Origin: Eledone cirrhosa
Lineage: Eukaryota
Assembly: GCA_964016885.1 (NCBI GenBank)
Contig: OZ024741.1
Span: forward strand, 64,294,001 to 64,358,000
Length of the DNA: 64,000 bases
Direction of reading: 5' to 3'
The position numbers were made by a program, and so were the translations under genes. The notes below the pieces were generated by a model. That model did not search any database, was not told the origin of the DNA, and saw only the letters and a program-made list of their open reading frames with translations. This document shows, in pieces, positions 12,342 to 28,631 of the stretch. The first letter of the stretch is position 1. Each line of letters begins with the position of its first letter.

Positions 12342-13101
12342 ACAACAACAACAACAACAACAAACAACAACAACAACAACAACAACAACAATATATATAT
12401 TAAAAAAATATAAATAAATACGAACTTATAAATAAAATAATTGTCATTTAGTTGAAACCAACATTATACTATTGATTGGCTGAGGGGAAACTCACTGCCT
12501 AATGCAACATTATTCAATTTGGAAAATAAGAAATGAATGGGTTGGGGATAAATATATATATGTATGTATATGTGATTATATGTATGTGTATATGTATGCA
12601 TGTATGTTTGTGTGTATGTGTGTATGTGTGTGTGTATATGTATGTAGGTGTGTTGTGTATCATGTATGTATATGTATATGAATATATGTATGTATGTATG
12701 TGTGTATGTATATGTATGTATGTGTCTATGTATGTATGTGTATAGTATGTATGTGTATGTGTGTATGTGTGTATGTGTGTATGTGTCTATGTATGTATGT
12801 ATGTGTGTATGTATGTATATTTGTATGTATGTATGTGTGTATGTATGTGATTATGTGTGTATGTATGTATGTGTAAATATATATATGTATGTATGTATAT
12901 GTATTTATATATATATATGTATTACATGTGTGTATGTGTATATATATGTATGTACTTGTGTGTGCATGTATGTATGTATCATGTATGTATGTATTGTATC
13001 TATGTATGTTATGTGTATATATATTGTATGTATATATGTGTATATATATATATGTATATATGTACTGTACGTGGTGTGTGTGCAGTGCATGTCCTGTATG
13101 T
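11930..13101. repeat. Low-complexity block: (GGT)n, (ATT)n, (CAA)n, degenerate (TGTA)n
   Basis: Simple repeats visible directly. Confidence 0.9.
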
Positions 13102-13301
13102 NNNNNNNNNNNNNNNNNNNNNNNNNNNNNNNNNNNNNNNNNNNNNNNNNNNNNNNNNNNNNNNNNNNNNNNNNNNNNNNNNNNNNNNNNNNNNNNNNNN
13201 NNNNNNNNNNNNNNNNNNNNNNNNNNNNNNNNNNNNNNNNNNNNNNNNNNNNNNNNNNNNNNNNNNNNNNNNNNNNNNNNNNNNNNNNNNNNNNNNNNNN
13301 N
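13102..13301. other. Assembly gap (200 N)
   Basis: Run of N. Confidence 1.
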
Positions 13302-13745
13302 TTAGAAATCATCAGGACTACATATCCAGTGCTTTTATCGAGAATGACACAGCTAGAGACTTATAGAATACTTAGCTGTGTACAAGAACTGGTATATCAC
13401 ATATATATCGCTATTTCAGAGCATTTATTCCAATTTCTAATTTCTGCCGGACCGGCAACCGCTCTTTCAAACCAGTTCCTGTACACAGCTAAGTATTCTA
13501 TAAGTCTCTAGCTGTGTCATTCTCGATAAAAGCACTGGATATGTAGTCCTGATGATTTCTAACGAGAATGAAACGCGTAGATTACTTCCCTTGCTTTTAT
13601 CGAGAATCTAATTGTAATACGTGACGTATTCTATTCTATAGCGATTAGGTCTTCAAAATGTTTATTATAAACATACAGAATATTTTCGAATATTCTATGT
13701 CTATATTCACATATATATCGCTATTTCAGAGCATTTATTCCAATT

Positions 13746-13746
<1 letters not shown>
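13302..13746 (+). mobile_element. Non-coding HHR-bearing unit (~310 bp) with terminal direct repeat and upstream inverted arm (PLE pLTR / retrozyme-like)
   Basis: 13302-13393 inverted to 13470-13562; TCACATATATATCGCTATTTCAGAGCATTTATTCCAATTT repeated at ~13397-13437 and ~13707-13746. Confidence 0.75.
13543..13585 (+). ncRNA. Minimal type I hammerhead ribozyme
   Basis: GTAGTC-CTGATGA-T.TTCT-AACG-AGAA.T-GAA-ACGCGT-A^-GATTAC; 6-bp stem I, palindromic stem III, GUA site. Confidence 0.85.
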
Positions 13747-15097
<1,351 letters not shown>

Positions 15098-15139
15098 ACG
15101 ATATTAAACAAATGGAAACTATATTTATAAAACCATATT

Positions 15140-15205
15140 TATTTCGTTATATATATTTCTGGGATATCATATTAAAAATATGTTATGCCTTCCTCAGACA
15201 AAATA
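15140..15205 (-). ncRNA. Hammerhead ribozyme (family A, inverted arm)
   Basis: Reverse complement of 19705-19770. Confidence 0.75.
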
Positions 15206-16231
15206 CAATACATAAGCTGTTTTATAAATAATTAGTGACATACCTTTTGAGAATGCAACTTCCTTTTAAAATATTGATTTGGTAGTGAAACTGTTATGAT
15301 AGTTATATAGAAAGAAAACGAAGATGAGAAGAAGGTGAAGAGATGTATGTAATTATAAAGAAGAAGATGAAGAGATGTATGCAAAGAGAAAAGAGATGTA
15401 TGTAAAGAAAAACAACGGAGCGAGATAGAGAGACAAGGATAGAGAGAAATACATTGATGGTGAAAAAAAAAAAAAACATAGTAAGCTGCATTTTGACAGA
15501 TGATCATCGTATATGTGAGAGGTTAAGGGAAGGGATACAGTTAGATTAGTGTATAGGAGAAAAAGAGAGAAAGATGATATATTTAAAATATATTAAAAAT
15601 ATATTATGTCTCATCCATTTGAATTATCAATTTTTATGAATTAGGCACTATAATGTAAATACCAGTATTCATGAATGAGACACATATCTATAATGTGTAA
15701 AAAAAATGACCACATGCTCAGTTTAAAAATTCTTAGGTCTATAAGCAAAATCTGAGACAAAACTTCAAACATAAGTATATATGCATTCTCGTGAAAAATG
15801 AGAAAAGAGAAGGTTATCTCAAATTCAAGTTGATAAATAAAGACGCACATGTGAACCTAGGTGATACGCTGCACTGATTCTTATATTTCATGAAAAACTT
15901 CAATGTGTCAGAAAGAAAAACTTCAATGCGTTAGAAGAGATTCCACCCTACATACATTTACATACATATATACATATATAATATTAATATATATATACAT
16001 ATATAATATTAATATTAATATGATATCCCAGAAATATATATAACGAAATAAATATGGTTTTATAAATATAGTTTCCATTTGTTTAATATCGTAAACCTAC
16101 TCCAGAAACTGTCGAGTGCTTTTATATCAGTTATAAAATATTTACTCGTTGTAACCCAACAATCTTAAATAAAACTTTTGCATATATTTTGCTCCAATAC
16201 CGTTGAGCGCTTTATATTATAACTGAAAAAA

Positions 16232-18466
16232 ATGGAATTCTTTAAGATCTCTTCTTCTCTAAAAGACATACCTCTACCTAGAAACAAGGACTTTATTAAA
16301 CAACTAATAGATAAATCAGACTCCTTTATAAGAAGAATCAGGTGGCGTGCATTCCACTTTGATAAATCTAAATCTAACGTAAATGAAAATGCCTCAGACC
16401 TAGACAGAGTCTTCAAATCTAAAAAAAATCCACCCCCCAACAAACTTTTGAATGATTTTGAAAACGATATAATTTCTATCATACAAGGAGTCAGATTCAA
16501 GAGAAGCTTCAATGGCCAGGAATATCTGAAAAGCATTAAGGATAACATTGCGAGCTTAGAGAGAACAGAGAAGATCTTGGTGAAATCGGACAAAACCAAC
16601 AACCTCTATGGAGTGGAAAAAGACATGTATAATGGCCTCATACTGAAAGAACTAAGGAAAAAGTACAAGGTAGCAGATAAGGCTGAACTTGAGAAAATGA
16701 ATGTTGAGGCATCATGTATAATGCATGAGTTGGAAATTGAGAACAAAACACAACCTTTCGTGCCTAGGAAACCCAAGATCAATATGAAAGATCACAAGAG
16801 AAATTTTGAAAATGACTTGCCAGTCAGGTTGATTGCACCATCAAAATCTGACCTGGGTAAACTTAGCAAGAACATTCTAGACAGAGTGATACAGCAAATT
16901 AAGGACTTGAATTGTTTACCTGGCTTGACCTTGTGGAAGGGTACTGGGGAGGTCATTGAGTGGTTTAATGAAATTAAATATAACAATAATAATAAATTTA
17001 TTCAACTAGATATTGCTAACTACTATTCATCCATTACCCCTAATCTACTTAATAAGGCACTAAATTACGCATTCAAGCATACAGACCTAACTAGCAATGA
17101 AATGCACATTATATTATCGGCAAGGAAAACTTTGATAGAATTTAATAACCAACTATGGACTAGAGCAGATAGAGATAATAATTTTGACATTACTATGGGA
17201 TCATCAGACTCAGCTCAGGTAACGGACCTTGTGGGCCTATTTATAATTAATTCGCTGCATAGGAAAATACCCGGTGTTACCGGAGGTTTATATAGAGATG
17301 ACATGCTTTTACTTATTGAAAATAATAACTCTGAACTAAATAAGAAAAGAAAACAAATTATACAATTTTTTAATTACCTTAATCTAAAAATAGAAATTGA
17401 GAATAACCATAGAATAGTCAATTTCCTAGACGTAACATTTAATCTCAACACATGTCTTCACTATCCATTTCACAAGTTAAATGAAAACTTGAATTATGTC
17501 AATTTTAGCTCCAATCACCCCAGATCTGTCAAAAATACTATAGTAAACTCTGTTCAAAAACGTATCTCTAGAATCTCTTCCAATAAAAATATTTTTGACG
17601 AAAAAGCCCAATATTATAATGATGCTTTAGCTAGAGCAGGATATAGTGATAAAATTATGTACATCGATAATAGACAAACTAACCAAAATAACAACAATTT
17701 TAATTACAGTAACAACTTTAACAACTATAATAGAAAGCACTACAATAATTTCAAAAACCAGAAAAGAAATAGAACTAGAAATATAATATGGTTTGCTTGC
17801 CCCCCCCCCCTTTCTCACTAAACATTAAAACCCACATCGCTAAACTATTTTGTTAATGCTCTTGACAAACGCTTCCCTAGAACACATAAGTATCACTCAA
17901 TTTTTAATAGACATACTATAAAATTAACGTACTCGTCCACCAAAAATTTAGCACAAAATATTAATAGAATAAATAATAGGAATCTAAAACCTAGCCAAAA
18001 TACCGAAAATAGCCTAAACAATATTCAACTAAAAAACTGTAACTGTAGAGATAGATCTAAATGTCCGCTAAATAACAATTGCTTAGTTAAAAATATAATA
18101 TACAACTGTAATGTTAGAACTGATTTAAATTCTTTTAATTATGTTGGTTCCACCTCGACAGAATTTAAACTTCGCTATAATAATCACAAAAATTCTTTCA
18201 CGGATCCAAATAAAAAATCATCAACATCGCTGTCAGGGCTTCTCTGGCAACTTAAGCATGATAAAGTTGGATATTCGATGGTTTGGAATATAGTCTCAAA
18301 AGGGATTCCTTTTAATTCCTCTTCTGAGACTTGTGACCTCTGCGCGGAGGAGATATTCTTTATATTAAAATGTAAAAATTCCCTTAATTTACGAACCAAT
18401 TTATTCAGCTGTTGCAGACATAGATTGAACTCAACATTTAAATATAAATATAAATTTAAAATGTAG
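16232..18466 (+). CDS. PLE reverse transcriptase + GIY-YIG endonuclease (~744 codons; one stop at 17819 created by two compensating indels)
   Basis: LKDIPLP..FIRRIRWRAF; QLDIANYYSSI; ITMGSSDSAQVTDLVG; GLYRDD; FLDVTFNL; CNC..CPL..CL..NIIY..YVGST..FKLRYNNH; CDLC..E; same frame resumes at 17852. Confidence 0.88.
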
Positions 18467-18541
18467 TATAAAATGTAGTATATTTACTTAAGATATTTGA
18501 CTATTTGTGATACTTGGCGATAAATCTTTCGATTCCTTTAA

Positions 18542-18572
<31 letters not shown>

Positions 18573-19185
18573 CTTTCCGCATGAATATATAATTAATGAG
18601 ATTAAATAAACTACCCTAAAATTGGCGTTGGTCCCAATCTTTTGAATAAATTTTTAATAAATATAAGAGCATTTGTAGAATAAGTTTTGAATGATTTCTG
18701 ATAAATAAGGCTTGGTGAGCAATTTTGGTCTTGTTTGCTTTGACTCTGATTCTATGACCGATATGCGTGGCATACTATGTTCTCTTGCGTCCCTAGATAC
18801 TCTGTGGAGTGACGAAGATATTCTTGGCGTTTTTAATTTTAATATTGATATCTGTTGTTGATCGATGATTGTTTTAGATGTTAATGTATATCTTATATGT
18901 TTTGTGTCTATATATATGTATATATGTATGTAAATGTATGTAGGGTGGAATCTCTTCTAACGCATTGAAGTTTTTCTTTTCTGACACATTGAAGTTTTTC
19001 ATAAAATATAAGAATCAGTGCAGCGTATCACCTAGGTTCACATGTGCGTCTTTATTTATCAACTTGAATTTGAGATAACCTTCTCTTTTCTCATTTTTCA
19101 CGAGAATGCATATATACTTATGTTTGAAGTTTTGTCTCAGATTTTGCTTATAGACCTAAGAATTTTTAAACTGAGCATGTGGTCA

Positions 19186-19219
<34 letters not shown>

Positions 19220-19704
19220 ATAGATATGTGTCTCATTCATGAATACTGGTATTTACATTATAGTGCCTAATTCATAAAAATTGATAATTCAAATGGATGA
19301 GACAATATATTTTTAATATATTTTAAATATATCATCTTTCTTTCTTTTTCTCCTATACACTAATCTAACTGTATCCCTTCCCCTAACCTCTCACATATAC
19401 GATGATCATCTGTCAAAATGCAGCCTACTATGTTTTTTTTTTTCACCATCAATGTATTTCTCTCCATCCTTGTCTCTCTATCTCGCTCCGTTGCTTTTCT
19501 TTACATACATCTCTTTTCTCTTTGCATACATCTCTTCATCTTCTTCTTTTTATTTACATACATCTCTTCACCTTCTTCTTCTCATCTTCGTTTTCTTTCT
19601 ATATAACTATCATAACAGTTTCACTACCAAATCAACTTTTTTAAAAGGAAGTTGCATTCTCAAAAGGTATGTCACTAATTATTTATAAAACAGCTTATGT
19701 ATTG

Positions 19705-19770
19705 TATTTTGTCTGAGGAAGGCATAACATATTTTTAATATGATATCCCAGAAATATATATAACGAAATA
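19705..19770 (+). ncRNA. Hammerhead ribozyme (family A 3' pLTR)
   Basis: TATTTTGT-CTGAGGA-[stem II]-GAA-ATATATAT-A^-ACGAAATA; 8-bp stem I. Confidence 0.78.
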
Positions 19771-19902
19771 AATATGGTTTTATAAATATAGTTTCCATTT
19801 GTTTAATATCGTAAACCTACTCCAGAAACTGTCGAGTGCTTTTATATCAGTTATAAAATATTTACTCGTTGTAACCCAACAATCTTAAATAAAACTTTTG
19901 CA

Positions 19903-21658
<1,756 letters not shown>

Positions 21659-22169
21659 TAGAAACACACAGATACATGCGGACACACACATATATACATG
21701 AATGCATCCGCACCCAACTGTGAGTTAAGGGTGCCAACTTCACCGATGTTGCTCAATGAATGACTGGGACAGACCAATTCAGTTTGAACCAGACTGAACC
21801 AGTATCAGAGTTAAAAATACATTATGAAGAGAGAAGAAACATTTAGATATAATTAGTAATAAAATGTATCATACCTAAACTGTTCCTAAATTCCTCGACT
21901 AAGTAGTTTCGTGGCATATATATATAAATATAAATATATATATAAATATATATATAAATATATATATAAATATATATATAAATATATATATAAATATAAA
22001 TATATATATAAATATATATATAAATATATATATAAATATATATATAAATATATATATAAATATAAATATATATATAAATATATATATAAATATATATATA
22101 AATATATATATAAATATATATATAAATATATATATAAATATATATATATATAAATATATATATAAATAT

Positions 22170-22222
<53 letters not shown>

Positions 22223-22324
22223 AATATATAAAAATATATATATAAATATATATATAAATATATATATAAATATATATAATAAATAAATAACAAAGAACGC
22301 TTATAGCATATGCATATCTTTACT

Positions 22325-22370
22325 TGCTAACATTGTTTCATCCGCACTATAAGTGGGACTCATCAGAGCA
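22325..22370 (-). ncRNA. Hammerhead ribozyme (inverted arm)
   Basis: Reverse complement of 25678-25723. Confidence 0.78.
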
Positions 22371-23073
22371 TAACGGTTAATTACATACCATACAAGCAAT
22401 AAGAAATCCAAGACATTGAAGAATGAAAGGTAATAATAGACGATAGAGGATAAGAATAAAAATAAAAATAAAAGTAAAAATAAAAATAAAAATAAAAATA
22501 AGGGGTGCTATCAGTCACAGTTGGGCGGGGTGCTGTCAACATATAGTTACATACAAGCATACACATGGATAAGAGAACAGACAAGAGTAGACACATGGAT
22601 AAGAGAACAGACAAGAGTAGATAAGATAATGGGATTAGGTAAGAGTAGGTAAAAAATAGGTAAAAAATAGGTGAAAAACAGACTTATAATATATATAAAA
22701 AGAAATACAAAGAAATACATAACAAACTTACATATAAAATATAAAATATAGGGTAAGGAATGAGATAAAATAATATAAAATTAAAAATTAAAAATTATAT
22801 ACATAGAACATAATATAGTATAACCGTAAAATAAGATAGAATAAGGTAAACTAAAATCAAATAACATAGACTAAATTAAAATAATATAATATAAGATATA
22901 ATTAAATGTATAATTAAATGTAATTAAATGTAATTAAATAAATAAATAAATAAATAAATAAAAATTAAATAAATAAATAAAATAAATAAAATTAAAATTT
23001 AAATTTTTAAATTTTAAAATTAAAATTAAAATTTAAATTTAAATAAATAAATAAATAAATAAATAGATAGATA

Positions 23074-23923
23074 TATTTCTTTTATTTGCCACTAGGGCAT
23101 CAAAAGTGGGACAAGTACAAAGGGGGGGAGTTTACACAAAAAGGCGTCCTCAATAAGGAGGAGGCAATAACAAAATATAAAAATAAAATAAGATATAACA
23201 AAAAATAAAATTTTTAACAAAGTCCTCAATAGAGAGGAGGCGCCTTGGGGGGTCGCACACACCCCCGAAAAAAGTGTGCAACCCTTCTCCTCAGGAGCAC
23301 AGAGAAGGGGTGCTCCCTTGGTCTTTCATCTTCCTCACCTATAGTCTGATGTAGAGTGAAGGCCCATTCACACGGGCCATTCTCGCCACTTTCACCCATC
23401 TTTCATAGAAACGGCTGGGGTGCAGCACCTCTCTCTCCATCCTGATCCTTCTTCCGAAATGATATCGGAAGAAACGGACCAGTTGTTGGCCAGAGAGAAA
23501 GGTGCCCGACCTCAGTCCTTTCAGACGCGTCCACCATACAACCTCTTTCGCCATGGCTATTACGCACAGAAACACCGCCTCTGCTTCATCTTTGAAGGGG
23601 GGAGGCGGCTTGATCATTACAATAGACTCGGTGGTCAACCGGATCGGTCCCACCCTTGACAGCAGTTGTTCGACATAGCCCCACAGATCGGCTACGCCCG
23701 AGCAGTGTACTAATGCGTGTGCAACGGTTTCCTCGTCGCACACGCATCTGGGACAGATCTTTTTGGCGGGGTCCCTACCCGGGCGCCCGTGTCTGTAGAG
23801 CCTTTCTCGAACGGGTAAAGCCCCTCGGTAGCACTGCCAGGCCAGGGACTTCTGGAAGTTGTCCATAGGTCCCGGGCTGAATGTCCTACCGAACAGGCTG
23901 GCCAGTTCGTCCTCCTCCATGTC
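23074..23923 (-). mobile_element. 5'-truncated Tx1/L1-type LINE with 14-bp TSD
   Basis: ORF 23339-23920 with zf-RVT-like WQCYRGALPV..CPRC..EETVAHALVHC; TSD TAAATAGATAGATA at 23060-23073 and 23924-23937; absent from the partner arm. Confidence 0.85.
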
Positions 23924-25082
23924 TAAATAGATAGATAAATAAATAAATAAATGGAGTCAAGTAAGTAAATAAATAAAATTAGATAACATGAAATGAAATA
24001 AAATAAAATGAAATAAAGTAAATTGAGATAAGATATATATTTTTTTAAAATATATCTCTTGAATATATCAGGGGCCCACGAAGGCACTAAATGTCACAGG
24101 ATTTCAACTTTATTTTAATACATCTCATCGTATGTATTTGTTTTGAATATATTACCTGTGGTGGTGGGTCTGGTCTAATGTGGTATTTCGGTGTTTAATA
24201 TCGTATTTAATATCGTATTTAATATCGGCTTTGACCCGGGTGTCCTACGCTGTGTGTGTGTGCGTGTGTGTCCGTGTATACATTTATATGTGTATGGGTG
24301 TAGGTGGTTATATGTGTCTGTGTATATATAAAAAAAAATATATGTATACCGTCTCTGCATATGCATGTGGTGTCTATACGTGCATATACGTGCTGAACAT
24401 ATTGATGTGTACAATCTTGTGATGTCCCAATGCGGTGACTTAATGGCTTTTTATATATCTTCTGTCTTTTTATATATATTTTGTATGCGCTACAACTGTG
24501 TCTGCTTGCTTTAACCTCACCTCGCTTGCTAATGCATGTGAATTCTTCTACCTCCTTCGATGCACACCTCTCTCTGACCATTTGACTCCTGCCCGTGTGT
24601 GAACCGGTTTGTGATTACCCCACCGCTCAACTGTGTGAATGCACACCCATGACTTTCGAGTGAACTTTCGAGACTGCCCAACCTGGGACGCCTCCATTGC
24701 CTTGCAATGGTCAAGTGATACTGGTGACTGTGACACTTAGTGCCTTCGTGGGCCCCTGATGTTTTCAAGAAATATATTTTTAAAAAATTGGTCAAGTGAT
24801 ACACATAACTGTGACATTTAGTGCCTTCGTGGGCCCCTGATATATTCAAGAGATATATTTAAAAAAAATATATATCTTATCTCAATTTACTTTATTTCAT
24901 TTTATTTTATTTCATTTCATGTTATCTAATTTTATTTATTTACTTACTTGACTCCATTTATTTATTTATTTATCTATCTATTTATTTATTTATTTATTTA
25001 TTTAAATTTAAATTTAAATTTTAATTTTAAAATTTTAAAATTTAAATTTTTATTTTATTTATTTTATTTATTTATTTAATTT

Positions 25083-25114
<32 letters not shown>

Positions 25115-25677
25115 TTACATTTAATTACATTTAATTATACATTTAATTATATCTTATATTATATTATTTTAATTTAGTCTATGTTATTTGATTTTAGTTT
25201 ACCTTATTTTATCTTATTTTACGGTTATACTATATTATGTTCTATGTATATAATTTTTAATTTTTAATTTTATATTATTTTATCTCATTCCTTACCCTAT
25301 ATTTTATATTTTATATGTAAGTTTGTTATGTATTTCTTTGTATTTCTTTTTATATATATTATAAGTCTGTTTTTCACCTATTTTTTACCTATTTTTTACC
25401 TACTCTTACCTAATCCCATTATCTTATCTACTCTTGTCTGTTCTCTTATCCATGTGTCTACTCTTGTCTGTTCTCTTATCCATGTGTATGCTTGTATGTA
25501 ACTATATGTTGACAGCACCCCGCCCAACTGTGACTGATAGCACCCCTTATTTTTATTTTTATTTTTATTTTTACTTTTATTTTTATTTTTATTCTTATCC
25601 TCTATCGTCTATTATTACCTTTCATTCTTCAATGTCTTGGATTTGTTATTGCTTGTATGGTATGTAATTAACCTTTA

Positions 25678-25723
25678 TGCTCTGATGAGTCCCACTTATA
25701 GTGCGGATGAAACAATGTTAGCA
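25678..25723 (+). ncRNA. Minimal type I hammerhead ribozyme
   Basis: TGCT-CTGATGA-GTCC.CACT-TAT-AGTG.c.GGAT-GAA-ACAATGT-T^-AGCA. Confidence 0.8.
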
Positions 25724-25993
25724 AGTAAAGATATGCATATGCTATAAGCGTTCTTTGTTATTTATTTATTATATTACGGCTCTGTCCTCAGACATTGAGC
25801 TAACCTCATACTGCCTGCTGGATAAGTGGAGTGTTATACACCCCTGATCCTTTCCCTAGCATACTATAAATATATATAAATATATATAAATATATATATA
25901 AATATATATATAAATATATATATAAATATATATATAAATATATATAAATATATATATAAATATATATAAATATATATATAAATATATATATAA

Positions 25994-26024
<31 letters not shown>

Positions 26025-26110
26025 AATATATATATAAATATATAAATATATATATAAATATATATATAAATATATATATAAATATATATATATATAAATA
26101 TATATATAAA

Positions 26111-26426
26111 TATTGTTATAATTTGGGAGGGTCATGTTGCCAATAAGAAACACACGCACCAGTTGCTTTCACTTCAATTTAATTTATTAAATATTCATAA
26201 ATTTACAAATTTATAAATTTCTGGTTGGTTGGTTGGTTCCACAACCAGATAGTTGTTTATATATATATAGTCATAATTCTTTCGTCACACACTCTGTGAC
26301 CTCTTCAGTGACTGGGGATTTCTTTCTTCGTTTCTGTGCCTTTCCTTTCTTCTATCCTACGCCATTTTGTTTGTGTGTGGGTTGCGTGCTCAGTTTGCGC
26401 AAACTGAGCACGCAACCCACACACAA
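26111..26426 (-). mobile_element. Family B pLTR capped by a perfect 56-bp palindrome
   Basis: Homologous to 1053-1316; 26371-26426 is a zero-loop palindrome. Confidence 0.8.
26269..26313 (-). ncRNA. Hammerhead ribozyme-like motif (family B)
   Basis: AGTCA-CTGAAGA-G-GTCAC..GTGAC-GAA-AGAATT-A^-TGACT. Confidence 0.62.
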
Positions 26427-26500
26427 TTAAAAAAGTTGTTACTTTGTTTAGTTTGTTTATCATTATCTATGTACATAATCTTATCAGCATACCCTGATGA

Positions 26501-27340
26501 TACTATAATGATGCACTAGCTAGGGCAGGGTATGCTGATAAGATTATGTACATAGATAATGATAAACAAACTAAACAAAGTAACAACTTTTTTAATTACG
26601 GCAACAACATTAACAACTATAATAGAAAGCATTACAATAATTCCAAAGGACAAAAAAGAAATAGAACTAGGAACATAATTTGGTTTGCCCCCCCTTTCTC
26701 ACTAAACATTAAAACCCACATCGCTAAATTATTTTTCAAAGCTCTTGATAATCGCTTCCCTAGAACACATAGGTACCACTCAATCTTCAATAGGCATACA
26801 ATTAAATTAACCTACTCATCCACCAAAAATTTAGCACAAAATATTAATAGAATAAATAATAGGAACTTAAAACCTACTGATAATAGCATAAATAATATAC
26901 AAGTTAACAAATGTAACTGTAGAGATAGATCTAAATGTCCGTTAAATAACAACTGCTTAGTTAAAAATATAGTATACAATTGTAATGTTAATACTGACTC
27001 TAATTCTTTTAACTACGTCGGTTCCACATCGACGGAATTTAAACTTCGCTATAATAACCACAAGAATTCTTTCACAGATCCAAATAAAAAATCTTCAACG
27101 GCACTATCAGGGGTACTCTGGCAACTTAAGCTAGATAACGTTAGATATTCGACGGCTTGGAATATAGTCTCAAGAGGGATTCCTTTTAATTCATCCTCTG
27201 AGACATGTGACCTCTGCGCAGAGGAGATATTCTTTATACTAAAATCTAAAAATTCCCTTAACCTACGGACAAATTTATTCAGTTGTTGCAAACATAGATT
27301 AAACTCAACGTTTAAATATAAATTTAAATTTAAAATGTAG
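26501..27340 (+). pseudogene. PLE ORF C-terminal fragment (linker + GIY-YIG), open frame
   Basis: YYNDALARAGY..RNIIWFAPPFS..CNC..CPL..NIVY..YVGSTSTEFKLRYNNH..CDLCAEE. Confidence 0.88.
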
Positions 27341-28588
27341 TATATTTAGTTTGATTTATATTTATATGAGAACTAGCCGATAAATCTTTTGATTCCTAAA
27401 TCTTTGATTCCCTCTTTTTACTCTTTTTATTGTTTATTTTATTTTATTTATTTTTATTTTTATCTATTTTTTATCTAAACATTCCTCATGAAAAATTAAG
27501 CTACCCTAAAAGCCGATGCTCCAAATTTTTTGAATTAACCTTACACTTGATAAACTTATATATTAAATATAGACACATATGTAGACATTATTGGACATCA
27601 TAATCTTTTTTTGCGATATTCCTTGCTAGATGTGATTTGATAGATAATTTTGGCTTTGTCTTGTAGTGAACTTGGCAATATATTGTCAATTAACTTTGAA
27701 GGGTTGCTCTTTGTGGTTTATTTTTATTTTCATTTTTATTTTTATTTTTATTTTTATTTTTATTTTTATTTTTATTTTTATTTTTATTTTTATTTTTATT
27801 TTTATTTTTATTTTTATTTTTATTTTTATTTTTATTTTTATTTTTATTTTTATTTTTATTTTTATTTTTATTTTTATTTTTATTTTTATTTTTATTTTTA
27901 TTCTTTTAGTATTGTAGTATTCTATAATATTTTTATTTTTTATTTTATTTTATTTTTATTTTTAATATTTTTATATGTAAATTTTTATTTTTTTAATATT
28001 TTTATATGTAAAGTTTTAATACGTAATATTTTTAATACGTAGTATTTTTAATATGCAATATTTTTATTATGTAATATTCTTTCGTAATATTCTTTTTTGG
28101 TTTTCTATTCTATATTTTTATATATTTTTACTTATTATCATTATTATTGTTATCTTTGCTTATAATATAATATATATTTTCGATTAGTATATTGAAATCT
28201 GCTCTCTATTTCTGCTTGATAGATAATCTTGTAGAGTAATCGCAAGAATAATAATACGCTCAAATTTTTATACCACATTGAGAATGTTTTCCGGTAACTT
28301 AGAATTTGCGGAGTGAATCAGTTGGATTCACATTGATGTTTGTAGCTGTCACATAGACATATGAATTTTTAAAAAACTAAACATAAGATAATGAATTTTC
28401 ACGCATTGTGAATACTTGTTTCATTCAGGAATACTGATATTTACAATATAGTGTAAGTTTTATAAATACTAATACATTAAAACATAGGGTTTTCTACGCC
28501 TCGAATATGTCTGGCTATTTTTAAATTTTCTCTCTCTCTATATCTCTCTATATCTCTCTATATATCTCCCTTACATTAATACTTGAGC

Positions 28589-28631
<43 letters not shown>

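Larger units (their letters stand above)
15098..19902 (+). mobile_element. Near-full-length Penelope-like element (family A): inverted 3' arm + partial 5' pLTR + ORF + 3'UTR + 3' pLTR
   Basis: 15098-15980 inverted to 18913-19812; direct pLTR 16015-16187 = 19735-19907; (TA)n on both flanks. Confidence 0.92.
22277..25866 (+). mobile_element. Fold-back non-coding PLE-type element with ~0.96-kb inverted arms
   Basis: 22277-24099 (minus a LINE insertion) inverted to 24809-25772; ~93-bp unpaired tail; HHR in both arms. Confidence 0.85.

Noticed and set aside
21817-21870. TACATT-ATGAAGA..GAAAC..AATGTA hammerhead-like remnant
   Set aside because: C3 mutated and stem II absent; not supportable
24709-24870. 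Repeat-spacer-like pattern (also 48390-48632)
   Set aside because: Simple two-unit tandem duplications in eukaryotic DNA; not CRISPR
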